A DNA stretch of 64,000 bases, taken from NCBI GenBank assembly GCA_963706025.1, contig CAVPLM010000003.1, positions 608,001-672,000 on the forward strand, in the 5' to 3' direction. Positions within the stretch are counted from its first letter, which is position 1. The number at the start of each line of letters is the position of its first letter. Shown here piece by piece: positions 20,545-30,380 of this stretch. The stretch comes from an uncultured Actinomycetes bacterium. GTDB taxonomy: Bacteria; Actinomycetota; Thermoleophilia; RBG-16-64-13. The notes below the pieces were generated by a model. That model did not search any database. It saw only the letters and a list, made by a program, of their open reading frames with translations, and was not told the DNA's origin. A program made the translations under genes and the position numbers.

Positions 20545-21280
20545 TCACGACCCTTTGGGCGACCCGTTCAGGTTGAGACCGAGTTCCTCCACGCGATGCA
20601 AGAACAGCTTCTCCGTGAATTCGAGGTGGAACTGCATCGCTTCGGCGGCGCGGGACGGGTCTCGCTCCACCACGGCCGAGAGGATGTCCTCGTGCAGGCT
20701 TCGGAGTGTGGGCACGCTGAGGTCGTCGAGGCCGGTCTGCACCGGTGCGAACAACTCGGCCTGTATCGCGTTCGTGGCCCGCTCGAAGTATTCGTTGTGC
20801 GCTGCTCTGCACAGGGCGCGGTGGAATTGGGTATGCCACAAGTTCATCCACGTGGGACTGTGTTCCATCGAGTCGGTCAGCGTCCGGAGCTCGCGAAGGT
20901 CGTCGTCGGTGCGCCGTTCGGCCGCGAGCGAGGCGATCTGCATATCGATCGTCCTGCGGAATTCCAGGAGGCTTTCGAGCTTATGCACGTTGAGACGGAG
21001 CCAATCGTGCCAGCATCGGGCGAGTATGGGAGCGTTGCTGACCCGGGAACCGCCCTTGGCTCCCACCGTGGTCCGGATGAAGCCGGTGCTCTCCAGTGAC
21101 TTGAGCGCCTCCCTCAAGGGGGACCCGCGACACACCAAGCTGTTGGGACAGGATGCGCTCGGGTGGGAGCTTTTCCCCCGGACCCAGCTCTCCGGAGAAG
21201 ATCATGGACTTGATCGATAGCTCGGCGCAGTCGCGGGCCGTGCTGGGTCCCAGATCCAACCAGTAGTAGTACGTGCGCAC
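20545..21280 (-). CDS. GntR/FadR-family regulator (paralog of 18278 gene), frameshift near 21130
   Basis: MIFSGELGPGEKLPPERILSQQLGVSR / PLREALKSLESTGFI; LAAERRTDDDL; H..IL.AV..RD. Confidence 0.85.
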
Positions 21281-21380
21281 TTGGGCCTCCCGCTTTGCGC
21301 CTGCAGGACCCCAGCAGACGCCCATCGGAGCGGAAACAGGGGTCGGGTGGAGTGTAGCACGGAGCTCTGGGGCGAACGAC

Positions 21381-21416
21381 TTGCCAAAAAAGGTATAAAC
21401 ACCTATCATATAGACC
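21381..21416 (+). promoter_or_regulatory. sigma70-type promoter with overlapping putative FadR operator
   Basis: TTGCCA-17-TATCAT with AGGTATAAACACCT between the boxes. Confidence 0.7.
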
Positions 21417-21498
21417 GCTGGCAGGTGACGGGGGTGAATCTCGTGCCGGACGGCCTCAGGCGGTAGCTCCTTAGCCTCAAAGGGGGACTGACAAAACG

Positions 21499-23685
21499 AT
21501 GTACGGAACACCATACGCCCTCGACCTGGAAGGCGCGGCGAGACTCATCGAAGATGCTCTGGCGGCCGGCAGGTCGGCTCTCGATGAATACGAATCCAAA
21601 GTGTTGTTCTCGGCTTACGGCATCCCCGTCCCGGAGGGGGCTTTGGTGAATAGCGAGGCCGAGGCGGCCGAGACCGCCGCCCGCCTCGAGGGCAAGATGG
21701 TCATGAAGGCGGTGGGCGGCGAGATCCATCACAAGACCGAGCTCGGTCTGGTGCTGTTGGGCATCGAAGGTCCGGAAGCCGCCGCCGAGAGCTATCGGCT
21801 GCTCGAAGAGCGGGCCGGCGTCGCCCTCGAGGGCGTGTTGATAGAGCGGATGGTATCCAGCAACCGCGAGCTCATGGTGGGCATGAAGCGTGATCCCCTG
21901 TTCGGCCCGGTGGTGGCCTTCGGTCTGGGCGGGGTGCTTACGGAGGCCCTGGGTGACGTGGTTCTGGCGGTGGCGCCGGTGGACGACGGAGACGCGGCTG
22001 AACTGCCCGGCTTGATCCGGGCCAAGAGGTTGTTGGGTGCCTTCCGGGGCTACCCGCCGGTGGATCAAGCGGCTCTGACGAAGATCATCCAGGCGATGGG
22101 ACAGATGGCGCTCGACCATCCCCGCATCTCCGAGATAGACGTGAACCCGTTGTTGATCGAGGGCGACCGGCCGGTGGCGGCGGACGCCCTGATCATCCTG
22201 TCGGCGCAGGAGTCGCCCGAACAGAGGCGGGGAAGCGGCGCGTTCGTTCCCAACTTGCGGGCTTTGCTGGCTCCCCGGTCGATGGCGTTGGTGGGCGCGT
22301 CGGGCGATGTAACCAAGTGGGGTGGATCCGCGCTTCGCACCATCCTTGACGGCGGCTACACGGGTAAGGTCTATCCGGTCAATCCCAAAGGCGGGACGTT
22401 CTTCGGTCTACAGGCCTACACGAGCCTGGAGGAGTTGCCTGAAGCCCCCGACCTTGCCCTACTGGCCGTGGGTGGCCATCAACTGGCGGCCATGTTGGAG
22501 CAATGCGGCCGCAAGGGTATTCCGGCGGCGATCGCGATCGCCGCCGGCTTCTCCGAGACCGGGGCCCAAGGCGCTGAAGCCGAACGAGAGATCGCCCGGG
22601 TGGCCACCGAAGGCGGGGTCACCCTCATGGGGCCGAACTGCTTGGGGATGGTCTCCAACGAGGTGCAGCTGCATGCTGTCGGGTTCGTCGTCCTGCACCC
22701 GACCAGGGGCACCCTGAGTTTCGTCTCCCAGTCCGGGAATATCGGTACTCAGATAGTAGACGGATGCGGGCGTCGCGGCATCGGCATCGACAAGTTCGCG
22801 AGCGTGGGGAACGAGGCCCAGATCGGTGCCGTGGAGGTCCTCGATTACCTCCGTGACGACCCGAACACCACGAGCATCATGATGTACATCGAGGGCATCG
22901 ACGATGGACGGCGCTTCCTGGAGGTAGCCCGGCGCACCGCGGCGGTGAAACCGGTGGTGGTTTTGCGAGCCGGGCTGACCGAGTACGGCGTCAGGGCGGC
23001 CGCATCTCACACCGGCGCCATGGCCGGGTCGGCAGCCGTATGGGAGGCGGCCGCGCGGCAGGCTGGGGTCGTCACCTGCACCACCACGCAGGAGGTCGTC
23101 GATCTTGGAGCCTGTCTTGCCTACCTTCCGCTCCCCAAGGGCCGGCGCATCGCGGTCGTGACCAATGGAGGCGGAGCCGGCGTCATGACCGCGGACGAGG
23201 TAGCCCGTCACGGCTTGACTCTGGCCGAACTGCCGCCCGAGCTGTACGCCGCGCTCGACGAGATCCTCCCCCCCTTCTGGAGCAAGCAGAATCCCCTGGA
23301 TATGGTGGCCTCGGCCGGTGGGGACGTGGGCCCGCGGGTACTCAGGCTGGTAGCCGAGTGCGACGCGGTGGATGCCATCATCATGCTCTCCGTGTTGGGA
23401 GTGCCCAACAGCGGCGACGAGGTTCGGGCCACCTACGACGATGGAGAGTATGCAGGGCTCAGTCCCTGGGAGGCTGCCTTCCTGGACCTGGTCGCGGAAC
23501 TCATTGAGTCGACCGGCAAGCCCATCATCAATGTGCCCGATACGCCGATCCGTGGATCGCTGTTCGATCGCGGGAAACACTACAGCCCGATAGTCCTTTC
23601 ATCGCCCGAGGCGGCGGCCCGCGTTCTGGACAGGATGGAATGGTATGGTGCCTTTCGGCGTAGAACCAGAGACGCAACCCAGTGA
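21499..23685 (+). CDS. ADP-forming acyl-CoA synthetase (ACD), beta-alpha domain order
   Basis: N-terminal ATP-grasp (EYESK..YGIPVP, IHHKTE, RDPLFGP, EIDVNPL), then CoA-binding (VGAS, YPVNPK, MGPNCLG, SQSG) and AASHTG phospho-His. Confidence 0.92.
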   Translation: MYGTPYALDLEGAARLIEDALAAGRSALDEYESKVLFSAYGIPVPEGALVNSEAEAAETAARLEGKMVMKAVGGEIHHKTELGLVLLGIEGPEAAAESYRLLEERAGVALEGVLIERMVSSNRELMVGMKRDPLFGPVVAFGLGGVLTEALGDVVLAVAPVDDGDAAELPGLIRAKRLLGAFRGYPPVDQAALTKIIQAMGQMALDHPRISEIDVNPLLIEGDRPVAADALIILSAQESPEQRRGSGAFVPNLRALLAPRSMALVGASGDVTKWGGSALRTILDGGYTGKVYPVNPKGGTFFGLQAYTSLEELPEAPDLALLAVGGHQLAAMLEQCGRKGIPAAIAIAAGFSETGAQGAEAEREIARVATEGGVTLMGPNCLGMVSNEVQLHAVGFVVLHPTRGTLSFVSQSGNIGTQIVDGCGRRGIGIDKFASVGNEAQIGAVEVLDYLRDDPNTTSIMMYIEGIDDGRRFLEVARRTAAVKPVVVLRAGLTEYGVRAAASHTGAMAGSAAVWEAAARQAGVVTCTTTQEVVDLGACLAYLPLPKGRRIAVVTNGGGAGVMTADEVARHGLTLAELPPELYAALDEILPPFWSKQNPLDMVASAGGDVGPRVLRLVAECDAVDAIIMLSVLGVPNSGDEVRATYDDGEYAGLSPWEAAFLDLVAELIESTGKPIINVPDTPIRGSLFDRGKHYSPIVLSSPEAAARVLDRMEWYGAFRRRTRDATQ

Positions 23686-23700
23686 CCGGGTGGAGGAGAT

Positions 23701-25593
23701 ATGACACCTGTGGTTGAGACGGCGGAAGCAGTAGAGGTGGAAAAGGCGGAGCTACTCTCGGGGAACGAGGCCATCGCTCGTGGGGCCTGGGAAGCCGGGG
23801 TCAAGCTGGCTTCTGCCTATCCGGGTACGCCGAGCACCGAGATCCTAGAAGAGCTCGCCAAGTACGACGACGTCTACTGCGAGTGGTCACCCAACGAGAA
23901 GGTGGCCATGGAGGTGGGCATAGGCGCGTCGATGGCCGGCGCCCGGGCCTTGGTCTGCATGAAGCACGTAGGCCTGAACGTGGCTGCCGACCCGTTCTTC
24001 TCCGCCGCCTACGTCGGAGTCGAAGGCGGCCTGGTGGTGGTCTCGGCGGACGACCCCGGCATGCACAGCTCCCAAGACGAGCAGGACAACCGGAACTTCG
24101 CCAAGTTCACCCGCACCCCGCTGCTCGAGCCCTCCGACAGCTCTGAGGCAAGGGAGTTCCTTATCGCCGCGTTCGAACTCTCCGAGCGTTTCGACACCCC
24201 GGTCCTGTTCCGCACCACCACGCGCACTTCCCACTCCAAGAGCATCGTCACCTTGGCGGAGCGGGCGGCGCCAGAGCCTATCGTCAAGCTGAACCGCAAC
24301 TACCACAAGTACACCATGATGCCGGCCAACGCGACCGCGCGGCACCCGATCATCGAGCAGAGGGTGCGCGACCTGGCCGAATACGCCGAGACCTGTCCGT
24401 TCAACCGTATCGAGATGGGCGATCCGCGCGTCGGCATCATCACCTCGGGCTCCGCCTACGGATACTCCCGCGAGGCTTTCCCGCAGGCCAGCTATCTCAA
24501 GCTCGGTCTGACGTACCCGCTCCCGGCCAAGCTCATCGCCGAGTTCCGGGCGAAGGTCGAGGAGCTTTACGTGGTGGAAGAGCTGGACCCCTTCCTCGAA
24601 GAGAACATCAGGCTCATGGGCATCCAGATCGACGGAGGCAAGGAGCTGAACACGCTCCTCGGTGAGATCGAACCCGGCATTATCGCCCGCAACCTGGCTG
24701 CGGCCGGGGTACCCGGGGTCAACCCGGACCTGCTGGCCGCTCCCCGACCGGGGGTCGATGGTCTGCCCGGGCGTCCGCCCACGCTCTGCCCCGGCTGCTC
24801 TCATCGCGGCATATTCGTGGTGCTGAAGAAGCTGCGGGTCTTCGTGAGCGGCGACATCGGCTGTTACACGCTGGGCGCTCTCGAGCCGTTCAACTCGGTG
24901 CACTGCAGCACCTGCATGGGCGCCAGCATCAGCATGGCCCACGGCATGAGCAAGGTGATGGATCCCCCGGCGGAGGGGGTCGCGCCCGATCTGCGCAACA
25001 AGCCTGTCGGCATCATCGGCGACAGCACGTTCTTCCACTCCGGGGTCACTTCTCTCATGGACGTGGCCTACAACGGGGGCAAGACCCTCAACATAATCGT
25101 GGACAACAGCACCACGGCCATGACCGGCGGTCAGGAGAACCCGGGGACCGGCAAGACCCTCCTGGGCGAGCCCTCGGCCACTGTGGACATCCCCGCCCTG
25201 TGCAAAGCCCTCGGCATCAAGCGGGTGACCACCGTCGACCCCTACGACCTGGCCGAGGTCGAGCGGGTGCTGCGGGAGGAACTGGCGGCGGACGAGGCCT
25301 CGGTGGTCATCGCCAGGGCGCCGTGTATCCTCGAGTACAAGATCCGCCGCCCCATCTACCAGGTGGACGCCGAGCTCTGCATCGGCTGCAAGCGCTGCCT
25401 GCAGGCCGGCTGCATGGCCCTCAACCTGCTGGTCGACGCCGAAGACGAGCGCAAGGTGGAGATCAATCCCGACCAATGCAACGGGTGCGGGGTCTGCTCC
25501 CAACTGTGCAAGGAGGACGCCATCGTCCGGCCGGGGCCCGCTTCGAGCGGCGCCGCCGGACCGGATGCGTCGCCCAAAGGGAAGGGGGCCTGA
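23701..25593 (+). CDS. iorA: indolepyruvate:ferredoxin oxidoreductase alpha subunit
   Basis: LLSGNEAIARGA, YPGTPSTE, NEKVA.E, MKHVGLNVAAD, PTLCPGCSHR, GDIGCY, GDSTFFHSG, two C-terminal ferredoxin motifs. Confidence 0.96.
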   Translation: MTPVVETAEAVEVEKAELLSGNEAIARGAWEAGVKLASAYPGTPSTEILEELAKYDDVYCEWSPNEKVAMEVGIGASMAGARALVCMKHVGLNVAADPFFSAAYVGVEGGLVVVSADDPGMHSSQDEQDNRNFAKFTRTPLLEPSDSSEAREFLIAAFELSERFDTPVLFRTTTRTSHSKSIVTLAERAAPEPIVKLNRNYHKYTMMPANATARHPIIEQRVRDLAEYAETCPFNRIEMGDPRVGIITSGSAYGYSREAFPQASYLKLGLTYPLPAKLIAEFRAKVEELYVVEELDPFLEENIRLMGIQIDGGKELNTLLGEIEPGIIARNLAAAGVPGVNPDLLAAPRPGVDGLPGRPPTLCPGCSHRGIFVVLKKLRVFVSGDIGCYTLGALEPFNSVHCSTCMGASISMAHGMSKVMDPPAEGVAPDLRNKPVGIIGDSTFFHSGVTSLMDVAYNGGKTLNIIVDNSTTAMTGGQENPGTGKTLLGEPSATVDIPALCKALGIKRVTTVDPYDLAEVERVLREELAADEASVVIARAPCILEYKIRRPIYQVDAELCIGCKRCLQAGCMALNLLVDAEDERKVEINPDQCNGCGVCSQLCKEDAIVRPGPASSGAAGPDASPKGKGA

Positions 25594-26393
25594 TGGCCGC
25601 CCGTCCGACCGTGAACCTGCTCCTCTCCGGCGTGGGTGGCCAGGGCGTGGTTCTGGCCAGCTACGTCCTCAGCCAGGTGGCTCTCGCCGAGGGCTACGAC
25701 GTGAAGCAGAGCGAAGTCCACGGCATGAGCCAGCGGGGTGGCAGCGTCACTAGCCACTTCCGGTTCGGCGACAAGGTGTGGGAGCCCCTGGTGATCCAGG
25801 GCGTCGCCGATATCCTGCTGGCCTTCGAAGCTCTGGAGGCTCTGCGCTACGTCAACTGGCTCAAACCCCAGGGCCTGCTCATCTACAACAGCCTGCGCAT
25901 CAACCCCAGCCCGGTTGCGGCCGGTCTGACCACCTATCCCGAGGATATCGACGCCCGCATCGCGGAAGCCCATCCGAACGTACGGCGCGTCAACGCGAAT
26001 GATCTGGCCCAGGAAGCCGGGACGGTCAAGGCGGCCAACGTGGTCATGCTGGGAGCGGTATCGCCCGCCCTTCCTTTCGCCTCGGATACCTGGGAAGCGG
26101 TCATCCGCAGGGTGGTGCCCCCCAAGACCGTAGACGTGAACCTCGAAGCTTTCCGGCTCGGGATGGGTGCCGGAGCCGCCCAGCATCCAGTGTCTCTGCC
26201 CGCGCATCTGAACAGCGCCCGGCAGGCTGAGCAAGCGGGCGCATGCTGCCCGGAATCGAGGTCAGGGAGGTGGTGTTTCGGCCCGAGGCATTCATCCCGA
26301 GTTGAGCTCTTCTGTATCCGGGCGGCACTGCGACTCGGTACCCTGGAGCGCATACGCGCGGTCATAGCCTACGCCGTCCCCGGGTGGCCTTGA
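25593..26393 (+). CDS. iorB: indolepyruvate:ferredoxin oxidoreductase beta subunit (homology ends ~26170; extended tail)
   Basis: GVGGQGVVLAS, SEVHGMSQRGGSV, FEALEALRY, ANVVMLG, NLEAFRLG; TGATG overlap with iorA. Confidence 0.9.
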   Translation: MAARPTVNLLLSGVGGQGVVLASYVLSQVALAEGYDVKQSEVHGMSQRGGSVTSHFRFGDKVWEPLVIQGVADILLAFEALEALRYVNWLKPQGLLIYNSLRINPSPVAAGLTTYPEDIDARIAEAHPNVRRVNANDLAQEAGTVKAANVVMLGAVSPALPFASDTWEAVIRRVVPPKTVDVNLEAFRLGMGAGAAQHPVSLPAHLNSARQAEQAGACCPESRSGRWCFGPRHSSRVELFCIRAALRLGTLERIRAVIAYAVPGWP

Positions 26394-26526
26394 TGGACGA
26401 GGGGTCGACGTGGTATGGGACACGCGGGTGCACGATGGCGTCGTCTGCGCTTTCGTCCGGGACAACTCAGGCAATCTGGTGGAGTTCGTGGAACGGGAGT
26501 TGCCACATACTGCAGGGGTTCCGTAG
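26270..26526 (+). pseudogene. VOC/glyoxalase-family remnant
   Basis: RVELF and IAYAV in the iorB tail frame, then GVDVVWDTRVHDGVVCAFVRDNSGNLVEFVE in another frame (F-x-D-x-x-GN-x-x-E VOC motif). Confidence 0.5.
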
Positions 26527-26927
26527 GGCAGTGACGAGAACCGGCAGAAATGGGTGACCGTGAAGGCCTTCGGCCAATGATGGCGTGAACCGGGACTACT
26601 TCCCCTTACAACAATATCTGATTCGTACTAGAACGACGCCCATATGCGAAATCTTGTATTCATCAAATGATATGGTAGTATCGTCAATGGCAATCTACTC
26701 CTGGGGCCGGAGGAGTGGCATGGCGGTTGCGAGGGGCGGCGCGGCTTGCTTGGCCTGTTCGCCGATCTCTGATCGACTGTTGCCGACTTTGGTCCCCGGA
26801 GAAGTGCCCGTGTCCGCCCGCTGGCGACTAGCGTCTCGGCCATGATAGTGTAAGGACCGCGTGAGCCGAGTCCCGCGGGGCGGCGGCCACGTCGACGAGG
26901 ATCCGCGGGACATCGCGAGGGGGATGC

Positions 26928-27788
26928 ATGAGCCAAGCGTTGGTCACAGGACTGAACGGACTCTCTTACGCGTTCATCCTGTTCCTGTTGGCGGCCGGCT
27001 TCTCCCTCACCTTCGGCGTCATGGGTGTCCTCAACCTTGCCCACGGCGCCTTATACATGTTCGGTGCCTACGTGGGGCTTCAAGTCATCGCCGTGGTGGA
27101 TGCGTTCTGGCTGGCCGCAATCATCGCCGCCCTGTGTCTGGCCGTCATAGGTTTGGGCCTCTACTTCTTCTTCCTCAGGCATCTCTACAACAAGATACCC
27201 GAGCAGGCGGTGCTGACCATCGGCATCAGCTACATGGTGGCGAACGTCGTCCTATGGATCTGGGGCCCCAGGGCGCAGATCGGGATGACTCCGGAGTGGC
27301 TGCAGGGAACGATCTCGATCGGCGAATTGAGCTTCCCCATCTACCGCCTCTTCATCATGGGAGTCGGCCTCGTGATCCTGGGCCTTCTCTGGTGGATGCA
27401 GGACAAGACCCGCGCGGGAGCCATCATCCGAGCAGGCATGGATAACAAGGAGATGACGGTCAGCCTCGGCATCAACTACGGCCTGGTCAGTACTCTGGTG
27501 TTCTTGCTCGGGATGGCGCTGGCCGGACTGGCCGGTGTCATCGGCACGCCGGTCATAGGCGCGTACCCCTCGATGGGCGACAACCTGCTGCTCTTGACGC
27601 TCATCGTTGTCGTGGTCGGCGGCACCGGATACATCCAGGGCACCATGCTGGGGGCGCTTGTCATCGGTCTCGTGGATACGTTCGGCAAAGCGTACATCCC
27701 CGAGGCGGCCCTGTTCTTCTCCTACATCATCTTCTTGGCCGTTCTGCTGGTGAGGCCCAGCGGACTCATGGGTCGGAAGGTGTTCTGA
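26928..27788 (+). CDS. livH: LivH-like ABC permease
   Basis: GFSLTFGVMGVLNLAHG; GAIIRA; VVVGG.G; RPSGLMG. Confidence 0.93.
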   Translation: MSQALVTGLNGLSYAFILFLLAAGFSLTFGVMGVLNLAHGALYMFGAYVGLQVIAVVDAFWLAAIIAALCLAVIGLGLYFFFLRHLYNKIPEQAVLTIGISYMVANVVLWIWGPRAQIGMTPEWLQGTISIGELSFPIYRLFIMGVGLVILGLLWWMQDKTRAGAIIRAGMDNKEMTVSLGINYGLVSTLVFLLGMALAGLAGVIGTPVIGAYPSMGDNLLLLTLIVVVVGGTGYIQGTMLGALVIGLVDTFGKAYIPEAALFFSYIIFLAVLLVRPSGLMGRKVF

Positions 27789-28849
27789 TGGCCGAGCCGG
27801 CGGGAGGGCCTCCTCAGGGCGAAGATCGGAGTGTCAAGGGCGCGGGGTCTGCCGCTGCTCGCCGGACTCCACGTCCGTTCATCGCGGTCACCCTGCCGAT
27901 CCTCGTGATCGGTGTCATCGTCCTGGTGCTGCCGCTATTCATTCCCACGTTCGTGTCCAGCCTGGTCACGAAGATGATGATCTACGCCCTCTTCGGGTTG
28001 TCCCTGAACATAATCTGGGGCTATGCCGGTATCCCCAGCTTCGGCCACGCGGCCTTTTTCGGGGTGGGGGGCTACGCGACCGGGATCCTTATCCTGAAGG
28101 CCGGCATCGAGAGCTTCTGGCTCAACCTGCTGCTGGCCATCATCGCGACGGCGGTCATCGCCGCCATCCTCGGCGTTCCCGCGTTCCGGGTGTTCGGGGT
28201 GGGGGCAGGCGCCTCCAACCCGATCTACTTCCTGCTCGCCACGATCGCGTTCGGAGAGCTCCTGTCCAGGGGGGCCATCGCGCTGCGCCCGATCACCGGG
28301 GGATCCACCGGCTTGGCCGGGATCCCCGAACCCAACCTCGGCTTCGGCATCCAGATCGACTCCGGCAACTACTACTACATGGTGTTCGTCTTCTTGATCA
28401 TCTGTGCCTACATCATGTATCGGATAGTGAACTCCCACTACGGCTATGCTCTCCGAGGCATACACGACAACGAGCGACGCATGCAGGCCCTGGGCTACAA
28501 CACCTGGCTCTACAAGTACACGTCGTGGATCATCGCCGCCGTGTTCGGCGGTGTGGCCGGTGTCCTGTTCGCCTATTTCGGCTCCACTATGGTTCCGAAC
28601 AGCCTGGCCATGATCACCAGCGACATCGCCTTCCTGCTCGTCATAATGGGGAGCACGACCGTCTTCTTCGGCCCGATCGTCGCGAGCGTCGTCTACGTGG
28701 GGATCGAGTACATCGCCAGCCTCTACCTGCCCGCACGTTGGCCTCTCATCTTCGGGGCCATGTTCGTGGTGACCATCATGGTCATCCCGGAAGGGCTGGG
28801 AGTCTGGATACTCAAGGGTTGGAGGAGGCTCATCCGTGGCACTTCTTGA
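27788..28849 (+). CDS. livM: LivM-like ABC permease
   Basis: WGYAGIPSFGHAAFFGVGGY; YFLLATIAF; GYALRGIHDNE.RM.ALG; PEGL. Confidence 0.93.
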   Translation: MAEPAGGPPQGEDRSVKGAGSAAARRTPRPFIAVTLPILVIGVIVLVLPLFIPTFVSSLVTKMMIYALFGLSLNIIWGYAGIPSFGHAAFFGVGGYATGILILKAGIESFWLNLLLAIIATAVIAAILGVPAFRVFGVGAGASNPIYFLLATIAFGELLSRGAIALRPITGGSTGLAGIPEPNLGFGIQIDSGNYYYMVFVFLIICAYIMYRIVNSHYGYALRGIHDNERRMQALGYNTWLYKYTSWIIAAVFGGVAGVLFAYFGSTMVPNSLAMITSDIAFLLVIMGSTTVFFGPIVASVVYVGIEYIASLYLPARWPLIFGAMFVVTIMVIPEGLGVWILKGWRRLIRGTS

Positions 28850-29597
28850 GACCCAAGGGCTTTCGGTGTATTTCGGCGGGTTGGCCGCGGTCAAGGACGT
28901 GACCTTCGGCATCGAACCGGGCGAAAGGTTGGCGCTTATCGGTCCAAATGGGGCCGGCAAGACGACGCTGTTCAACCTTCTCACCGGCCAATTGAAACCC
29001 TCGGCAGGCAAGGTGTATTTCAAGGGGCAGGACATCACCAATGCCTCGGTATTCTCCCGCACGCACATGGGCATGGCCCGCTCGTTCCAGATCACCAGCC
29101 TCTTCCCCTACCAGACGGTCGAGGTCAACGCTCTGATCGGACTCCAGGGAGTCGAGAAGAGCAGGTACGGCGTCTTTCGGCATTTCTTGAAGGACAAGGC
29201 ACTGCGGACCGCGGCTCAGGGGCTGCTCGAGTCCGTAGAGCTGTGGGATCTGAGAGACGAGACAGTCAGCTCGCTCGCTTACGGTCAGCAACGGAAGCTG
29301 GAGATGGCACTCAGCCTGGCCAGCGATCCGGAGCTGCTGATGCTGGACGAGCCAAGCTGCGGACTCACCACCACCGAAAGCGCGGACATCACCTCGCGCA
29401 TACGCGATCTAGGCTCCAAGATCACCGTCCTCATGATCGCTCACGACATGGATCTCGTCTTCGGCGTGGCCGAGCGGGTGATGCTCCTGCACTACGGAGA
29501 GATCGCCTGCGAGGGTACCTGCGAGGAGATCCGCTCCAACCAGATGGTGAGAGACATCTACATGGGCTCCCGCAAATCCCTGACCCATAGCGAGTGA
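28836..29597 (+). CDS. livG: LivG-like ABC ATPase
   Basis: FGGLAAV, GPNGAGKTT, ARSFQ, LAYGQQRKLE, LMLDEP. Confidence 0.93.
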   Translation: MALLETQGLSVYFGGLAAVKDVTFGIEPGERLALIGPNGAGKTTLFNLLTGQLKPSAGKVYFKGQDITNASVFSRTHMGMARSFQITSLFPYQTVEVNALIGLQGVEKSRYGVFRHFLKDKALRTAAQGLLESVELWDLRDETVSSLAYGQQRKLEMALSLASDPELLMLDEPSCGLTTTESADITSRIRDLGSKITVLMIAHDMDLVFGVAERVMLLHYGEIACEGTCEEIRSNQMVRDIYMGSRKSLTHSE

Positions 29598-29604
29598 GCG
29601 ATCG

Positions 29605-30309
29605 ATGCTCGAGCTTCATGACATCCACACCTGGTATGGCGATAGCTACATACTCCAGGGTGTGACGCTGGAGGTGAAGGACGCGACCATCGTCGCCCTT
29701 CTCGGCAGGAACGGGATGGGTAAGACCACGACCATCCGCTCGATCATGGGGCTCACGCCGCCACGCATGGGAAGGATCGTGTTCAACGGCCAGGAGACCG
29801 TCGGGCTCAGTCCGCACAAGATCGCTCGGCTAGGCATCGGACTGGTTCCCCAGGGCAGGCTGATCTTCTCCTCACTCTCGGTGACCGAGAACCTGAAGAT
29901 GGCGGCGCGGGTAGGTGACAAGAAGGATCCCTGGACTCTCGAGAAGGTCTTCTCCGTATTCCCCAAGCTGGAGGAAAGGCGCAAGAACAAGGGCAATCTC
30001 CTGAGCGGCGGCGAGCAGCAGATGCTCACGATCGCCCGAGCGCTCATGACCAATCCCGATCTCGTCCTGTTCGACGAGCCTTCCGAGGGCCTTGCCCCCG
30101 TGGTGGTCGAAGAGGTGTTCAGGGTCATCGAGAACCTCAAGGCGTCCGGGCAGTCCATCCTCTTGGTGGAGCAGGACTTCGGTATGGCCATGAGCGTAGC
30201 CGACTATGCCTATATAATGAGCAAAGGCACTATCGTCTACGAATCCACGCCGGACGAACTGATCAACAACGAGAGCGTCAAGAGCGCATATCTGGGCGTG
30301 GGCGAGTGA
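29605..30309 (+). CDS. livF: LivF-like ABC ATPase
   Basis: GRNGMGKTT, VPQGR, LSGGEQQML, DEPSEGLAP. Confidence 0.93.
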   Translation: MLELHDIHTWYGDSYILQGVTLEVKDATIVALLGRNGMGKTTTIRSIMGLTPPRMGRIVFNGQETVGLSPHKIARLGIGLVPQGRLIFSSLSVTENLKMAARVGDKKDPWTLEKVFSVFPKLEERRKNKGNLLSGGEQQMLTIARALMTNPDLVLFDEPSEGLAPVVVEEVFRVIENLKASGQSILLVEQDFGMAMSVADYAYIMSKGTIVYESTPDELINNESVKSAYLGVGE

Positions 30310-30380
30310 GGTGCGGATGGAGTAGATGTCAGGACGATGGGGCGATGAGGGAAGATCCACGAAGAAGGAGGGGTGAAAGG

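Noticed and set aside
23887-25503. Long antisense ORFs (also 35749..37860, 40187..41713, 43241..45235, 47603..49339, 52727..54157)
   Set aside because: Shadow ORFs caused by high-GC3 codon bias opposite well-supported genes; no recognisable motifs.
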